NCBI GenBank assembly: GCA_041572575.1
Contig: JBFFSH010000004.1
Location: 1 to 55,618, forward strand
DNA: 55,618 nucleotides
DNA from: Thermodesulfobacteriota bacterium
Lineage (GTDB): Bacteria; Desulfobacterota_D; UBA1144; Nemesobacterales; N074bin48
Direction: 5' to 3'
Position 1 is the stretch's first letter. Each line of letters starts with the position of its first letter. Positions 9,973 through 19,676 of the stretch are shown here, one piece after another. The translations under genes and the position numbers were made by a program. The notes under the pieces were generated by a model. It made no database searches and had not been told where the DNA came from. It saw only the letters and a list, made by a program, of their open reading frames with translations.

Positions 9973-10356
9973 TTAGCTCGCAACCTGTTCCTGCTCAAAC
10001 GGAAGCTTTACCCTTGGGGCTTCGTTCCACAGGCTTTCGATGTCAAATTCGGCTCTTACAGGCCCATGAAAAACATGGACAAGAGTATCACCAGTATCTA
10101 TAAGCACCCACCTGCACTCTTTTAACCCTTCTATTCCCAGGGGTTTTGAGCCAAGCTCCTTGCATTTCTTTTCGATATTTTCGACAATGGTCTTTACACC
10201 ACGGTCGGAATCTGCGCTGCATATTACAAAATAATCTGCAAAATCAGATAGCTTTGTCATATGGAGCAAGACTATATTTTCTGCTTTTTTGTCGTAGGCA
10301 GCTTCAGCTAGGGCAAGAGCTTTTTTCTTTGGTGTTAGGGATCCGTTTTTAGGCAT
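9973..10356 (-). CDS. rsfS: ribosome silencing factor RsfS (Iojap)
   Basis: DKKAENI, ADYFVICSA, WVLIDTGD..VHVF, FDIESLW. Canonical position after nadD. Confidence 0.93.
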   Translation of the reverse strand: MPKNGSLTPKKKALALAEAAYDKKAENIVLLHMTKLSDFADYFVICSADSDRGVKTIVENIEKKCKELGSKPLGIEGLKECRWVLIDTGDTLVHVFHGPVRAEFDIESLWNEAPRVKLPFEQEQVAS

Positions 10357-10993
10357 AAAGGTTGTTGTCGAATATATACTGTTCTACTTTAGGCGGGACA
10401 AGCTCATGTATCGGTTTATTATTTTTAATGAGTTCTCTAATCTCCGAAGATGAAATATCTATTCCCTCTATTTGCGTTTTGATAATCAAATTTGAATTTT
10501 TGTGTTTGTAATATGTATTTCCAGTTTCTGTCTTATCATATCGAAAATCATCTTTTATGGCAAGTGGCAGATCTTCATCATCATCAAAGTAGCCCGGTCT
10601 GGAAATAACTATAAAATTTGATAACTCAAATAATTTCTTATATTCCTTCCAAATATCAATCTGGTTAAAGATATCGTGTCCAACAATAAAATATAGATCA
10701 TCTTCGGGCAATTTGTCTTTAAAATATTTGAGGGTATCAATAGTATAACTCTCTTTGTTACTTGAAATTTCGAAGTCTGAGATACTAAATCTATCGTTGC
10801 CATGAGTAGCAAGTTTAACCATCTCGTATCTTTGCTCCGGTGTGGCTAGTTCTTTTTGATCCTTATGTGGCGGAATATTCGATGGAATAAAACATATTCT
10901 ATCAATATCAAGAATTTCGAGGATTTGCTCAGCAGCCTTTACATGGCCCGAGTGAATGGGATTGAATGTGCCGCCAAAAAGTCCTTGTTTCAC
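10349..10993 (-). CDS. nadD: nicotinate-nucleotide adenylyltransferase
   Basis: FGGTFNPIHSGH, SYTIDTL, ISSSEIR. Confidence 0.96.
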   Translation of the reverse strand: MKQGLFGGTFNPIHSGHVKAAEQILEILDIDRICFIPSNIPPHKDQKELATPEQRYEMVKLATHGNDRFSISDFEISSNKESYTIDTLKYFKDKLPEDDLYFIVGHDIFNQIDIWKEYKKLFELSNFIVISRPGYFDDDEDLPLAIKDDFRYDKTETGNTYYKHKNSNLIIKTQIEGIDISSSEIRELIKNNKPIHELVPPKVEQYIFDNNLYA

Positions 10994-11011
10994 GATAGAT
11001 GCTCTTCCATT

Positions 11012-12127
11012 TCAGTTCAAATAACCCTCAACCATAACGTGGTTACCAATTGAACTTATATTTACATTTGAGAGTTCAAATGAGTCTTTTATTTCATTTA
11101 TTCCAAGTTCACCAATCATGCTCTTTCCATCTGCCCCAACAATCTTGGGCGCATAGAAAAATATGGCTTTATCTACAAGTCCGTATCTTATAAAGCTCGA
11201 TGCCACCTTGCTACCGCCTTCAACCAAAACACTCATGATACCTCTTGACCCAAGCTTTTTTAGAACCTCTTTAGTATTTACAAAACCGTTTTTATCAAGG
11301 CCTGTTTTTACTACTACAAACCCCAAATCTTTAAGTCTTTTCATTTTCTTAACCTTATTAATATTCTTAGAGCAAAAGATCATTGTTCCAGAACGCTCGG
11401 TTAAAAGTTTTGCCGAAAGCGGAATCTCAAGATTGGTATCGAGGACAACTGCTATCGGCTGTTTATCCACTCTCTTTTTTTCAAGCCTTACATTCAGCAT
11501 AGGGTCGTCAGTTTTGACGGTGTTGATGCCCACCAATACTGCATCTGAAAGGGATCTTAGAATATGGCCTTGTTTTCTTTGCCCTTCACTTCCTATCCAT
11601 TTGGAATCACCAGAAAAAGTGGCTATTTTGCCATCCAGAGTAGATGCGAGTTTGAGGGTAACAAATGGAATCTTTTTGCTTATATGTTTAAAAAATGCTT
11701 CATTAATCTTTAAGCATTGATCTTCTAGAACTCCGACTGAGACCTCTACCCCTTTTCTCTTAAGAGCCTTAACGCTCTTGCCTGAAACCTGAGGGTTTCT
11801 ATCTAAAGAACCAATAACAACCCTAGAAAATTTCTCTTCAAGTACTGCATCCAAACACGGCGGTGTTTTTTTATTTTTGTGACAGCAGGGTTCAAGGGTT
11901 ACATAAAGAGTCGAGCCAGCAATTTTTTTGCCCTGTTTCCTGGCATTGTTGATAGCTTCGATCTCTGCATGAGGCAGTCCGGCCTTTTTGTGATAGCCCT
12001 TTCCGATGATCTCGCCGTTTTTTACAATCACCGATCCAACAACCGGGTTTGGGCTTGTCATTCCACTGGCTTTTTTGGCAAGCTTAATGGCAAGAGCCAT
12101 ATATTTAGCATCAATATCATTGCTCAT
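11012..12127 (-). CDS. ribD: bifunctional riboflavin deaminase/reductase RibD
   Basis: SPNPVVG, HAE, TLEPC...TPPC zinc ligands, reductase domain with LVEGG. Confidence 0.96.
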   Translation of the reverse strand: MSNDIDAKYMALAIKLAKKASGMTSPNPVVGSVIVKNGEIIGKGYHKKAGLPHAEIEAINNARKQGKKIAGSTLYVTLEPCCHKNKKTPPCLDAVLEEKFSRVVIGSLDRNPQVSGKSVKALKRKGVEVSVGVLEDQCLKINEAFFKHISKKIPFVTLKLASTLDGKIATFSGDSKWIGSEGQRKQGHILRSLSDAVLVGINTVKTDDPMLNVRLEKKRVDKQPIAVVLDTNLEIPLSAKLLTERSGTMIFCSKNINKVKKMKRLKDLGFVVVKTGLDKNGFVNTKEVLKKLGSRGIMSVLVEGGSKVASSFIRYGLVDKAIFFYAPKIVGADGKSMIGELGINEIKDSFELSNVNISSIGNHVMVEGYLN

Positions 12128-12135
12128 AGATGAAG

Positions 12136-13500
12136 TTAGTGAATAGTATGTTCTTCGTCACCAAAAAGTGCCTCTACAAATTGCTCAGCATTAAATTCTC
12201 TAAGGTCTTCAAGCCTCTCGCCAATCCCAATATATTTCACAGGAATACTAAGCTCGTTTGCAATACTAATTATTACACCACCCTTAGCGGTTCCATCCAG
12301 CTTCGTAAGCGCTATCCCAGTAAGGTCAATTGCTTCATTGAACAACTTTGCCTGCTGTATGGCATTCTGACCTGTTGTAGCATCCAGCACAAGAATCGTT
12401 TCATGAGGTGCTCCCTCAAGTTCTTTGTTTATTACCTTTCTCATTTTCTTAAGCTCATCCATGAGGTTGTCTTTTGTATGAAGCCTTCCGGCTGTGTCGA
12501 TAATTAGTATATCAGCACCTCTGGAAACCGCTGCCTTAACCGCATCAAAAGCTACAGCAGATGGGTCTGCTCCGCTTTGACCCCTTATAAAGTCTGTGCC
12601 TACCCTCTTTGCCCATACTTCGAGCTGGTCTACAGCAGCTGCCCGAAAAGTATCTGCCGCAGCAACCATGACCTTCTTATCTTCATTTTTGAATTTGTTT
12701 GAAAGCTTCCCGATAGTGGTCGTCTTTCCTACTCCATTTACCCCGGCCACCATCATTACGAAAGGTTTTGTTTGAGGGCTTACTGCACCCCCCTCCGATT
12801 CTTTTAGTATCGCTAGAATTTTGGCCTTGAGTATATTTTTTATTTCATGAGGATCAGTAATGGAATTACTCTCTATTTCTCTTTCCACATCCTCTCTTAA
12901 TTTCATTGTAGTTGTGACTCCCAGGTCAGCCATAACAAGTGTCTCCTCAAAATCTTCCCAAATCTCGTCATCAATCTCGGTTCTGCTGATTATTGCATCG
13001 AGTTTATCAATAAACCCTGTACGAGTTTTTGATAAACCTTTTCGGAGCCTGGAGAAAAAACTCTCCTTAGGAGCTTCTTCTATCTGTTCATCCGGCTGTT
13101 CTTCTGTAACTTCCTCTACTATCTCTTGAGGTATTTGAGGTGGAACCACGGGCTCAACCTTAACTTCCACCTTGGGGGCTGCTTCAGATTCCCTTGGCTC
13201 GGTCTTAGCTACAAATTCCGGAGCCGGTTCCGAAACAACCTCTTCGGACACTTCGGTTTGTTGCTCTACTTTACCCTGAATTTCTTCTAAATCAGCAGGT
13301 TGTAATTGTTCAGCAACAACAGCATCTTCAGCAGCTTGAGAACTGTCTTCTTCTGGTTCAGATACCTCCGGTACTTCATCCTTTACAAATATTGCTAAAA
13401 TTAAAGTTACTAAAAATATGACAGCACATATTAGAATGAAAGTTAAATCCTGAGGATTCATGTTTAAAGTGCTGGATAAGTTATTAATTATTGATTCCAA
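12136..13500 (-). CDS. ftsY: signal recognition particle receptor FtsY with N-terminal TM anchor
   Basis: GVNGVGKTTT, DTFRAAA, DTAGR, TKLDGTAKGG. N-terminal hydrophobic helix followed by an acidic linker. Confidence 0.96.
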   Translation of the reverse strand: MESIINNLSSTLNMNPQDLTFILICAVIFLVTLILAIFVKDEVPEVSEPEEDSSQAAEDAVVAEQLQPADLEEIQGKVEQQTEVSEEVVSEPAPEFVAKTEPRESEAAPKVEVKVEPVVPPQIPQEIVEEVTEEQPDEQIEEAPKESFFSRLRKGLSKTRTGFIDKLDAIISRTEIDDEIWEDFEETLVMADLGVTTTMKLREDVEREIESNSITDPHEIKNILKAKILAILKESEGGAVSPQTKPFVMMVAGVNGVGKTTTIGKLSNKFKNEDKKVMVAAADTFRAAAVDQLEVWAKRVGTDFIRGQSGADPSAVAFDAVKAAVSRGADILIIDTAGRLHTKDNLMDELKKMRKVINKELEGAPHETILVLDATTGQNAIQQAKLFNEAIDLTGIALTKLDGTAKGGVIISIANELSIPVKYIGIGERLEDLREFNAEQFVEALFGDEEHTIH

Positions 13501-13670
13501 ATCGACTACTCCTTCATACCTTAGATTTCTGGCTCTATTAGTAAAAATTCATATATTGACCTTTAATATACTATTACAAAATCTCATATCAATAAGCTTG
13601 ATTCAAAATTTGGATTTATTAATAATTTTTTACTTTTTTTAGACTTATATTCAGATAATATAGATTTTAT

Positions 13671-16600
13671 ATGTCAGACCAGTTTATTCACTTACATTTA
13701 CATTCTCAGTACTCGCTTTTAGACGGCGCAATTAAATTTAATGATCTGTTTACGAAAGCAAAAGAGTATGAAATGGACTCTATTGCCATTACAGACCATG
13801 GAAATCTGTTTGGCGCCTATGAATTCCATCAAAAGGCAAAAGAGTTTGGTATAAAACCCATAATTGGATGTGAAATTTATATAACTCCTACCCTGAAAGT
13901 TGATCACCCTTCTCAGGCCAGAAATCACCATTTGATACTTCTTGCAACAAATACAGCAGGATATAAAAATCTATCAAACCTAGTGACAAAAGCATATTTT
14001 GACGGATTTTACAGAAGACCCAGGATAGATCATGAGCTTTTGGAACTGCACAGTGAGGGAATAATATCACTTAGCGGCTGTCTTAATGGTGAGCTCTGCA
14101 CAAGCATACTGGAAGATGATATGAACAAAGCCATGGCCGTTGCATCTAAATATAAAGAGATGTTTGGTGACAGATACTATCTGGAAGTACAGGCTAATGA
14201 CCTGCAAGAGCAGGAATTGGTAAATGAGAAGATCAAACAGATCGGAAAATCTCTAAAAATACCCATAGTGGCCACAAATGATTGCCATTTTTTAAACAAG
14301 CACGACTCCAAGCCTCACGATGCGCTGCTTTGTATTCAGACCGGATCGATGCTGCAGGATGAAAACAGGTTTAAGTTTAAAGGGGAAGAATACTATTTTA
14401 AATCAGCAGAGGATATGGTTTCTTCTCTTGGAAAATATGAGGATGAAATCTATAAAACAGCCGAGATAGCAGAAAGGTGCAATTTTGAATTTGAGACCAC
14501 AGGATACAAGCTTCCGGTATTTAAAATTGATAACGGCAAGTCGCTTGAAGAATACTTACTGGAGCTTACAAAAGACAATCTGAACAAGATTATTAGAGAT
14601 AAGAGTCTGGATGGTGATCAAAAGAAAATATATCAGGAAAGAATAGACAGGGAAATTCTGACCATAAACGAGATGGGATTTGCGGGCTATTTTCTGGTAG
14701 TCGCTGATTTTATTAACTATGCAAAATCAAAGGGCATACCAGTTGGTCCCGGAAGGGGAAGTGCTGCCGGAAGTCTGGTAGCTTATGCGCTTGGTATTAC
14801 CGAGGTTGATCCTATTCCATACAATCTCATATTCGAGAGATTTTTAAACCCCGAGAGAGTGAGCATGCCTGATATTGATATTGATTTTTGCGGTGAAGGA
14901 AGGGATGAAGTTATAAGATATGTTACAGATAAATACGGAGCGGATAAGGTAGCTCAGATAGGAACATTCGGAACTATGTCCGCAAAGGCCGTGGTCAAGG
15001 ATGTGGGAAGGGTAATGGGAATTCCATATGCAGATGTAGACAGGGTTTCCAAACTTATCCCGTCTTTTAGAGGAAGAGTATTTTCCATTGAAGAAGCAAT
15101 AAAGAATGTACCGGAGCTTAAGGACCTTATTAGCAGCTCAGAGGACTTGACCGAGTTAATTGAGCTTGCAAAACCTCTGGAAAATATGGTAAGGCACTCT
15201 TCGACCCATGCTGCAGGGGTTGTTATATCCAACGAGCCTCTATCTGATTATGTACCGCTCTATAAAGGAGCAAAGGACGAAATTGTAACCCAGTTTGATA
15301 TGAACTCCATTGAATCTCTTGGGTATGTTAAGTTCGATTTTCTTGGGCTCAAAACACTTACTGTCATAAATAAGGCAATACAGCTTATAAAACAGTCTGA
15401 TGATCCTGAAGCAAAGAACTTTAATATTTCGAATATTCCACTAGATGATCCTAATGTTTACAAACTTCTGTCCAGAGGATTTACGAGAGGGATATTCCAG
15501 ATTGAATCACCGGGAATGAAAGAGGTGCTTTCAAGGCTGCAGCCTACTGACTTTGAAGATATTATCGCCCTTCTTGCACTTTACAGACCAGGCCCCCTTG
15601 ATAGCGGCATGGTAGATGAATTTATACAAAGAAAACACGGCAAGAAAAAAGTGGACTACCCGCTTCCCGATCTGCAGGAAATTCTAAAAGACACTTATGG
15701 CCTTTTTGTGTATCAGGAACAGATAATGAACACAGCATCCATTGTTGCAGAATACAGCCTTGGAGAAGCTGATTTACTACGGCGCGCCATGGGAAAGAAA
15801 AAGCCTGCCGAGATGAAAGCGCAGAGGAAAAGATTTTTAGAAGGAAGCAAGAACAGGAGTATTGCTCCAAAAAAGGCAAAAGAGATATTCGATAATATGG
15901 AAAAGTTTGCCGAGTATTCATTCAATAAGAGCCACAGTACGGCTTATGCAATGATCACCTATCAGACAGCTTACCTGAAGACCTACTACGCTCCTGAATT
16001 CATGGCAGCCCTTATGACAGTTGAAGCCGGCAATACCGATAAGATTATTGCTAATATCGCTGAATGCAGGGATATGGGTATAGAAATTCTGCCACCGGAT
16101 GTGAATGAAAGTTTATCTGGATTTACTTCAGTAAATGGCAAGATCAGGTTTGGACTTTCAGCAATAAAAAATATTGGAGAGAGTGCGATAGATTCAATAA
16201 TTAAAGAGAGAGAAGAGAATGGTAGGTTTTCTACAATCTTTCAGTTCTGCAAGAATATGGACTCAAAGAAGATCAATAAAAAATCTTTAGAGAGTTTAGT
16301 AAAGAGCGGCGCCTTCGACTCCATAAATAAGAACAGGGGTCAGCTGTATGAATCTATTGAAATGCTCTTAAATTTCATAGCACTTAACACAAAACTAAAT
16401 TCACAAAATCAAAATTCCTTATTCCCGTTAGAAGACTCTATATCTCTTCCAGAACTTGCAGATACGGAGAACTGGGATGAAAAGAACATACTTAGGTGCG
16501 AGCTTGAAGTACTTGGTTTTTTTGTAACAAACCATCCTATGGAAAAATATGCACATGATCTTGCACGGCTCGTTAAAATAAAAGACAGCGAAAGCATAAA

Positions 16601-17108
16601 GGAAATCCCGGATGGTAAAGAGGCTTCTATTGCAGGAGTGGTAAGAACACTAAATGTAAGAAACACAAAGAGCGGTTCGGGTATATTTGGAAACCTTGTT
16701 TTAGAAGATCTTAAGGGATCGGTTGAGGCTGTTGTTTTTAATGATCTGCTTAGAAAATCACTCCATATATTAGAGGACAGGACTGAACCAATAATACTAA
16801 AAGGCATAGTTGAACACACTGAAGAAAGAACCAAACTAAGATCGCTGGACATAAGCTCACTAAAAGAGCTCAAAAGTATGTCTACTTTAAATGTTCAGTT
16901 AGAACAGCAAAAGGCTAACAGTGAATACTACTCAAAGCTGCAGGATGCATTTTTAAAATTCCCAGGGGATTCAAAAATCAACCTAAACATAGAAACAGAA
17001 GATGGCAAAGCTGTTATAGAAGTTGGGGAATATAGGGTTAGTATAGATGATCCGTTAATAGACCATCTAGAGACTATGCTAGGCAAAGGGACAGTCTCTA
17101 TCAGCTAG
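13671..17108 (+). CDS. dnaE: DNA polymerase III alpha subunit
   Basis: PHP domain HLHSQYSLLDG, GPGRGSAAGS, SMPDIDID, KFDFLGL, FNKSH, C-terminal OB fold. Confidence 0.98.
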   Translation: MSDQFIHLHLHSQYSLLDGAIKFNDLFTKAKEYEMDSIAITDHGNLFGAYEFHQKAKEFGIKPIIGCEIYITPTLKVDHPSQARNHHLILLATNTAGYKNLSNLVTKAYFDGFYRRPRIDHELLELHSEGIISLSGCLNGELCTSILEDDMNKAMAVASKYKEMFGDRYYLEVQANDLQEQELVNEKIKQIGKSLKIPIVATNDCHFLNKHDSKPHDALLCIQTGSMLQDENRFKFKGEEYYFKSAEDMVSSLGKYEDEIYKTAEIAERCNFEFETTGYKLPVFKIDNGKSLEEYLLELTKDNLNKIIRDKSLDGDQKKIYQERIDREILTINEMGFAGYFLVVADFINYAKSKGIPVGPGRGSAAGSLVAYALGITEVDPIPYNLIFERFLNPERVSMPDIDIDFCGEGRDEVIRYVTDKYGADKVAQIGTFGTMSAKAVVKDVGRVMGIPYADVDRVSKLIPSFRGRVFSIEEAIKNVPELKDLISSSEDLTELIELAKPLENMVRHSSTHAAGVVISNEPLSDYVPLYKGAKDEIVTQFDMNSIESLGYVKFDFLGLKTLTVINKAIQLIKQSDDPEAKNFNISNIPLDDPNVYKLLSRGFTRGIFQIESPGMKEVLSRLQPTDFEDIIALLALYRPGPLDSGMVDEFIQRKHGKKKVDYPLPDLQEILKDTYGLFVYQEQIMNTASIVAEYSLGEADLLRRAMGKKKPAEMKAQRKRFLEGSKNRSIAPKKAKEIFDNMEKFAEYSFNKSHSTAYAMITYQTAYLKTYYAPEFMAALMTVEAGNTDKIIANIAECRDMGIEILPPDVNESLSGFTSVNGKIRFGLSAIKNIGESAIDSIIKEREENGRFSTIFQFCKNMDSKKINKKSLESLVKSGAFDSINKNRGQLYESIEMLLNFIALNTKLNSQNQNSLFPLEDSISLPELADTENWDEKNILRCELEVLGFFVTNHPMEKYAHDLARLVKIKDSESIKEIPDGKEASIAGVVRTLNVRNTKSGSGIFGNLVLEDLKGSVEAVVFNDLLRKSLHILEDRTEPIILKGIVEHTEERTKLRSLDISSLKELKSMSTLNVQLEQQKANSEYYSKLQDAFLKFPGDSKINLNIETEDGKAVIEVGEYRVSIDDPLIDHLETMLGKGTVSIS

Positions 17109-17388
17109 GATTTAGTTCAGCAAACAGCTTTTCTATTTTTTGCGGATCTTTTGTAATCACAAATACTTCCTGAATTGATGTACCGCTTTTTGCAATAAGC
17201 TTAGCACCGCTTACGGTTTCATATTTGTATTTTACATGCAGGTTTTCGCCTGTTGCCTTTGAGACTTTTATTTCACCGGGAATTACACCAGTAACATACT
17301 CAAGGCTCGAGATATATTTTTCAAGATAATCCTGCAGGCCTTTTATAAGACTGTGTTGGCGTTTTATTTTAGATTTTCTGTGTTTCAT
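17101..17388 (-). CDS. DUF2103-like protein
   Basis: HS...IPG..I...KLIAKSGTSIQEVFVIT pattern matches the DUF2103 family as I recall it. Confidence 0.6.
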   Translation of the reverse strand: MKHRKSKIKRQHSLIKGLQDYLEKYISSLEYVTGVIPGEIKVSKATGENLHVKYKYETVSGAKLIAKSGTSIQEVFVITKDPQKIEKLFAELNPS

Positions 17389-17899
17389 TTCTATTTAATA
17401 ATAAATCTATATATGAACCTTCTATAAGCTTTTCTTTTTTAACTTCAAGTTCTTTAATTATACTTTCTGCTATAACCAATCCTTCATCAGCACTTTGTCC
17501 ACTTTTTAATACGACCTCAAGCTCAAGATAATTTCCAAGCCCCGCAACATCATCAAGATGTATTCGTGTCTGTCCCGTAATATAAACCAAACGCCTTTTT
17601 TCCACAACTCCTATTATGCCTAGTGAACTTTCGAGTGCCTTATTTAATTGTCCGGGATTATTCGTTTTATAAATAGAGTAGTCTGATTTTTTGGGCCCTT
17701 TGATATTATCCCTTCTGTATGAAATTAGCTCGGCTTCATCCTCAGAAAATATCCTTAGTTTAAGCCTGCCGGTGTTACACCCATAATATATATCCTTTTG
17801 ATTTAAAACTGTATAATCAGAGCCATAATATTCATTTATACGTTTTTGTACTTCATGCAGATTTTGTATCCTGGCCTTTATTTCAATATTTGATTTCAC
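17369..17899 (-). CDS. CYTH domain protein (class IV adenylate cyclase-like)
   Basis: NIEIKAR (ExExK-like), RLKLR, KRRLVY, RIHLDDVAGLGNYLELE. Confidence 0.88.
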   Translation of the reverse strand: MKSNIEIKARIQNLHEVQKRINEYYGSDYTVLNQKDIYYGCNTGRLKLRIFSEDEAELISYRRDNIKGPKKSDYSIYKTNNPGQLNKALESSLGIIGVVEKRRLVYITGQTRIHLDDVAGLGNYLELEVVLKSGQSADEGLVIAESIIKELEVKKEKLIEGSYIDLLLNRNETQKI

Positions 17900-17983
17900 T
17901 TTTTTATTAAATTACGTTTATGAAGTATATGTGATAATCAATAAATAGTATCATAAATCAATTAATTAATATCTATCAAATGC

Positions 17984-18874
17984 ATGAAAATAGGAATAGC
18001 GGTTCCCAATTTTGGAAAGTATGCCACTAAAGACAATATTACAGATATTGCCCTTGCAGCAGAAGAATATGGTTTTGATTCTATTTGGGTAAGCGACCAT
18101 ATTGTTATTCCGGAAAGTCACAATGTATTTGGTAACAACTTTTATGATCCCGTATCAACGCTTTCATATTTAGCATCCATAACAACTACTATTACTCTTG
18201 GAACAAGCATACTTGTCCTCCCCTATCGAAATCCGATTGTGACAGCAAAAGCAGTTACCACGATTGATCAGCTATCAGAAGGAAGATTAATACTGGGTGT
18301 GGGTGCTGGCTGGCTTGAAGATGAGTTCGAAGCACTTGGAGCAAACTACGAAAACAGATGGAGTAAGACTCTGGAATATATAGATATATTACAATCGCTA
18401 TGGTACTGCGAAAAAAAGGACTACAAAGGAAAATACTTTAGTTTTTCTAATATTAGTTTTAAGCCAAGAACATACAACAACAGAGAAATTCCAATTTGGT
18501 TGGGCGGTAATTCGATTAAATCCATTAATATGGCATTTGATAAATGCTCCGGCTGGCATGCAGTCAGGCTTAATGCAGATGAATTAATGGAAAAAAGAAA
18601 ATATATAGAAAGAAAATTCGAAAAAACAGTAACAAGAAGAGAAACCTTTAGTATTTCTACAAGAACAAATCTTCAAATTACAGATAATAGTACAATAAAT
18701 GCGAATGTCGATGAACCCCTTAGAGGAAACAAGGGAAAAATTATAAAAGGTTTATCAAATTATAAATCTGCCGGTGCAGACCATATGATTATATACATAT
18801 TAAGCAGTAACATTAGTAATTTTATAAACACTATGAAAACTTTCGCAAATGTAATAAGACCACAAATCGATTAA
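17984..18874 (+). CDS. LLM-class flavin/F420-dependent oxidoreductase
   Basis: GFDSIWVSDHIV, DPVSTLSYLAS.T..ITLGTSILVLPYRNP, GRLILGVGAGW. Confidence 0.88.
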   Translation: MKIGIAVPNFGKYATKDNITDIALAAEEYGFDSIWVSDHIVIPESHNVFGNNFYDPVSTLSYLASITTTITLGTSILVLPYRNPIVTAKAVTTIDQLSEGRLILGVGAGWLEDEFEALGANYENRWSKTLEYIDILQSLWYCEKKDYKGKYFSFSNISFKPRTYNNREIPIWLGGNSIKSINMAFDKCSGWHAVRLNADELMEKRKYIERKFEKTVTRRETFSISTRTNLQITDNSTINANVDEPLRGNKGKIIKGLSNYKSAGADHMIIYILSSNISNFINTMKTFANVIRPQID

Positions 18875-18875
18875 T

Positions 18876-19499
18876 TTATACAGACTCCTCAAATACCTCT
18901 GCTTCAAAGCCGTATAAATCAGTATTTTCATCCTCCAATGCGTTTTCTTTGAGACCTGCTTTAAAACATATTTCCTTAAGATAAGTCTCCTTATCAAGGT
19001 TATACACAATCGGCACATGCGGCAGGAGTAGTCCCGTTCTGCTGCCCTTGGATATTACAAGACCATGTCTTCCTATAACTACTTCTTCAGGTTTTATTGG
19101 CTTTATAGGTTTTAAAACACTTATCTCAATCTTAATATTCGGCAGTTCCCCGGCCGATACTTCACAAAAACGTGGGTCACTCGTAGCTGAGGATATTGCC
19201 GTGTTTTGCACAGCTTCTGCAAGAGGTTTTGAGGGGAATATTTCACCCTTACAGCCTCTTAGCTCATTTGTGTCTTTTTTTCTAAGAGTCACAAATGTTG
19301 CCTTGGGCTGTAGTAAAGATGCTTGATCGCTGACGACTTCTGGGATTTCTCTTGTCTCCAAAAAAGTCTTCAATGTGTTTCTTGCAATCTTCAACAGGAT
19401 ACTTTTATCGTTATCGCTCAGCTGCTTTTCAGTATCAACCCCCGCTGTTTGCATAAGATGTTCATTAAGCAATTTTTGAAATTCACTGGTATTGCCCAT
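18876..19499 (-). CDS. AMMECR1 domain protein (AmmeMemoRadiSam protein A)
   Basis: ATFVTL, LRGCKG, DPRF, IEISVL, GLLLP, ICFKAGL. Confidence 0.9.
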   Translation of the reverse strand: MGNTSEFQKLLNEHLMQTAGVDTEKQLSDNDKSILLKIARNTLKTFLETREIPEVVSDQASLLQPKATFVTLRKKDTNELRGCKGEIFPSKPLAEAVQNTAISSATSDPRFCEVSAGELPNIKIEISVLKPIKPIKPEEVVIGRHGLVISKGSRTGLLLPHVPIVYNLDKETYLKEICFKAGLKENALEDENTDLYGFEAEVFEESV

Positions 19500-19676
19500 A
19501 TTCTCAAATGAAAAAATGTAAAACTTTTATGATAGTAAAAGTATAACACAGTCCGGCAGATTATTTTTGAAACAACGTTCAATTATCTACAATCATTCTA
19601 TGTACGAAAAATACATTTACACATCTTAAACATTGTATTATATTCTTGGTATAAATAAAATAAGAGGTGGGATTAA

